64,000 nt of DNA from an uncultured Planctomycetaceae bacterium (lineage in GTDB: Bacteria > Planctomycetota > Planctomycetia > Planctomycetales > Planctomycetaceae), in the NCBI GenBank assembly GCA_963976765.1, contig CAXBME010000018.1, positions 1-64,000 on the forward strand, written 5' to 3'. Positions 61,367-64,000 of the stretch are shown here, in pieces. How positions within the stretch are numbered: position 1 is the first letter of the stretch; every line of letters begins with the position of its first letter. The position numbers and the translations under genes were made by a program. The notes under the pieces were generated by a model. It did no database searches. It saw nothing but the letters and a program-made list of their open reading frames with translations, and was not told the DNA's origin.

Positions 61367-62716
61367 TTAACCAGCGATCATACGACGGCAGTAGATTCGT
61401 GTGGCAGACCTCAGAATCAACAAGTCTCCAGATACTGCTGGACTGGCCCAGAACGATTCGGATGTTGAGATGGTTTGCTCCTGAACAAGGTGGCATTCAT
61501 TTCCGGATCTGATTTGCAATAGTTGGCCAGACTTGCTGACCAGCCAGATGCTTCCCGCAGCGAGTATCGGTGAAGCGGCAAATTGCCCACCAAGCCTCTT
61601 ACGCCACAAAACATTACCAGTCGCGAATTCCAGGCAGTTGAGTATGCCTGCATCGTCCAGCGTCAAGACATGCTCGTCATGAATGAGCGGGGAAGGTGTG
61701 TCCCCACTGCATCGATTGATTTTCCAGCGAGTCGACACTTGCTGCATTCCTTCTGGCTGCCCGAAATCAAGACACATGACGACATTGCCTGGCTTCCTGG
61801 TGCATACCACTGCGGCCCCATGAGCCACAACAGCGCTTGCTATTGGTCGTGCCGCCTCCCACTCCTTTTTCCACAATTTACGACCGGTAGTAGGGTCGTA
61901 CCCCATGATTGATCGTTTGCCGGGCAGAATCATCACTTTACCTTCACCCGTGTGAGCGATAATGGGTGTCGCGAAACCACTGAGTGAGTCACGCCTGGTT
62001 CGCCAGGCAACTCTTCCCGACTCTCTGTTCAAGGCAGCCACAAAGCTGACTCCAGCATGCCGACTGTTTCCTGGTCCCTTGCTGTCACAACATACAATTA
62101 CGTTGTTACCACAAATCGCTGGAGATGACGCAAATCCATGAACAGACTGGTAGCAGCCAACGTCTTTTTGCCATTCAGTTTTCCCATCCAACGAAACGGC
62201 GGATAGAATAACTCGTTCACCTGCAATTACTGGAACAAACACTCGCGAACCATCACAGGCAGGTGTCGGGGAAGCTGGCGAGTTGGAAGCGTTCGTATTG
62301 GTGTCTGCATTTCTGACAATGTCAGTCCGCCAGATGATCCGACCATTGTCCCGATGCAGACAAATCAGCGAGACCGTCGATGGTGCATCGAATGTTGTGA
62401 CAAACACACGATGTCCTCGGATAATTGGCGATGACTGCCCCACACCAGGAATGTCAACATCCCACTCTGCAACAGAACTATTGCAGCTTTCAATCTGAGC
62501 CGGTGCTGTCCCGTTTCCTGAAGCTCCTCGCCACCACGGCCAGTCACTCTGACCGGGCTCTGGGAGTTCGATCGTGATGTCCAGCTCTGGCTGATACGGG
62601 TGCTCACTGCCCGGGACAGTCCAGCTATTCTTCGCAACTACCCAGGTGGCCGCCACTGCTGGCAGCAGAGCGAACAGCCCAATTACAGAGAGAAGACGCT
62701 TGCGGGAATGCGACAC
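61367..62716 (-). CDS. PQQ-binding-like (BamB-type) beta-propeller protein
   Basis: DWPWWRG, GQSSP, ASPTP..DG, G...W repeats, FAASP, WASPA. N-terminal TM. Alternative TTG at 62740. Confidence 0.88.
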   Translation of the reverse strand: MSHSRKRLLSVIGLFALLPAVAATWVVAKNSWTVPGSEHPYQPELDITIELPEPGQSDWPWWRGASGNGTAPAQIESCNSSVAEWDVDIPGVGQSSPIIRGHRVFVTTFDAPSTVSLICLHRDNGRIIWRTDIVRNADTNTNASNSPASPTPACDGSRVFVPVIAGERVILSAVSLDGKTEWQKDVGCYQSVHGFASSPAICGNNVIVCCDSKGPGNSRHAGVSFVAALNRESGRVAWRTRRDSLSGFATPIIAHTGEGKVMILPGKRSIMGYDPTTGRKLWKKEWEAARPIASAVVAHGAAVVCTRKPGNVVMCLDFGQPEGMQQVSTRWKINRCSGDTPSPLIHDEHVLTLDDAGILNCLEFATGNVLWRKRLGGQFAASPILAAGSIWLVSKSGQLLQIRSGNECHLVQEQTISTSESFWASPAVSGDLLILRSATRIYCRRMIAG

Positions 62717-62746
62717 TGTCCTGCCTTGAAAATGAAGCAACCGATA

Positions 62747-63778
62747 TCAGGCAGCGGACCGCTGACTATCTTGTTGAGTCCCTGCCAGACCGAGTAGAGA
62801 AATAGTTTCACCAGGAGTAGCAAATCGAAAACGGTCAGCCTGCGGATGAGACACGATGTAGTCGATACTTTGCATGACACCAGCCAAGAGATCAGAGCGG
62901 CTGAATGTTGCAGTACGCAGGACAGCCATGAAATGAGGTTGCGACTCCGTTCGAATGCGGTGCTCAAAAGTCTCTCGGAAGTTTTCCGGTCCACGCCGCA
63001 GGATAAATCGACGAGTCTCCGAGCGATCATGCCCGATCAGTTTGTTTCGAAGGCGACGTAAAGCTGGCCGTATTCCGTAATCAGGCAGTTGTACGGAAAG
63101 CGGAATGAACCAGAGATTCGTTGGGCAGGTTTTAGCCGGAAGGCGAAAATCCTCAGAACAGGACCGATACGGTTGCTGCGGAATTGGTCTGCCATCAATC
63201 GGTTCACAGTCAACTTGCCCGATTTTCCTGCTGATGGTCTGCCCCTTTTCTCCAGGCTTCAACGTCAGGTCATACTGAATCCCCTGGTCAATCAGGAAAT
63301 CTCTCAGCTCATTGCTCATCCAGTGTATACCGCCAACAGAATGTGTTTCTGGCTGGTATCCATGCTTGCGCATTGCATGAATTCCCATTTCTATGCATTC
63401 GCGAATGTGGTCGGTGTCCATAAAATCCTGAATCCAGTCATTCAGATTTTTGTCCCAGCGGTACATATGAGTATGCACACCTACTTCGTCTCCGGCCGCT
63501 CGGAGTTGCTCCAGTTCGCTGCCGTAACGCTCAAGTGCCCAATCTGCTGCACCGTAAGTCTGTTTGATCTGCTTATCAGCGCGGAGTATCCAGGTAAAAT
63601 GCGGTGAGCATCCCGTATATTTGTAAATTCGTTCACGAATTTCATCAACCAAAGGAAAGGCAGCTTCAAAACCGTGCCATGGCTCCGGTCGGTTTCGATC
63701 GATGTAATGCTCATCCGGCTCAATGTCGAAGTTTACAATAATGGGTACTGGTCGTGTCGGTGAGTCCTGGTCAGTCAC
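62747..63778 (-). CDS. Polysaccharide deacetylase-like (NodB/CE4-like barrel) protein
   Basis: VNFDIEPD, FTW, GDEVGVHTH, W....L..L...GI.YDLT. Confidence 0.65.
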   Translation of the reverse strand: MTDQDSPTRPVPIIVNFDIEPDEHYIDRNRPEPWHGFEAAFPLVDEIRERIYKYTGCSPHFTWILRADKQIKQTYGAADWALERYGSELEQLRAAGDEVGVHTHMYRWDKNLNDWIQDFMDTDHIRECIEMGIHAMRKHGYQPETHSVGGIHWMSNELRDFLIDQGIQYDLTLKPGEKGQTISRKIGQVDCEPIDGRPIPQQPYRSCSEDFRLPAKTCPTNLWFIPLSVQLPDYGIRPALRRLRNKLIGHDRSETRRFILRRGPENFRETFEHRIRTESQPHFMAVLRTATFSRSDLLAGVMQSIDYIVSHPQADRFRFATPGETISLLGLAGTQQDSQRSAA

Positions 63779-63860
63779 AAGCGTGGGTTCCGGTTAAATC
63801 CGATTGCACAAACGGGTTAATGCCCCTAAGGCTCAACACCTGAGTCAGGGTGGGTGAGCC

Positions 63861-63998
63861 TCACGTCGGTGCCCCTGCAGGATCGCAGCCAGTACGAACG
63901 CGTGTCCTGAGTTTGCTCGAGGCGGCCTGTCCGGTTTGACATGCCGGTGTGTCGTAGCCGAAGCGTTGCATTAGTGGTGATTCACGGCACAAGTCATG
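63861..63998 (-). CDS. C-terminal fragment of a probable sulfotransferase (5' part outside window)
   Basis: Open frame from the window edge: HDLCRESPLMQRFGYD...APT*. LMxxFGY is a common sulfotransferase C-terminal motif. Confidence 0.45.
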   Translation of the reverse strand, partial: HDLCRESPLMQRFGYDTPACQTGQAASSKLRTRVRTGCDPAGAPT

Positions 63999-64000
63999 AA

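Overview
Bacterial chromosomal window that looks like a planctomycete (Planctomycetaceae-like). The evidence is a DUF1559 prepilin-type protein, a sulfatase, a PQQ-type beta-propeller, a giant secretin, mcsA-mcsB next to trpE, and lpxB. Left part: end of a TPR-repeat gene, a signalling cluster (Ser/Thr kinase, degenerate TIM-barrel isomerase, HTH-PTS IIA, FHA), an LRR protein, a PilGHI-like ABC triad, an SDR and a 1978-aa secretin. Middle: housekeeping genes (rhodanese, HAD, trpE, mcsA/mcsB, aldo-keto reductase, OSBS/NSAR enolase, lpxB). Between lpxB and a Tad/Flp pilus cluster lies an ~8 kb accessory locus (31.3-39.3 kb), the best candidate for an undescribed system. It encodes a multi-TM protein with an HWGGFGGG motif, a KAP-like P-loop NTPase with inserted TM helices, a helical protein ending in a pseudo-receiver-like domain, a fusion of an apparently dead HD domain to an apparently non-catalytic eIF2B/R15P-isomerase-like domain, and a convergent winged-helix-like ORF. 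Right part: Tad cluster lacking flp, secretin and cpaE; queD-like; TPR; a candidate promoter-to-terminator CU-rich sRNA; zf-HC2 protein; Dcp peptidase; deacetylase; sulfatase; DUF1559; tRNA-Arg(ACG); then a lower-GC glycan-modification block (two paralogous GT-A glycosyltransferases, sulfotransferases, a deacetylase-like protein). No CRISPR array, rRNA, transposase or integrase was seen. All family assignments come from motif recognition by eye, not from database searches.
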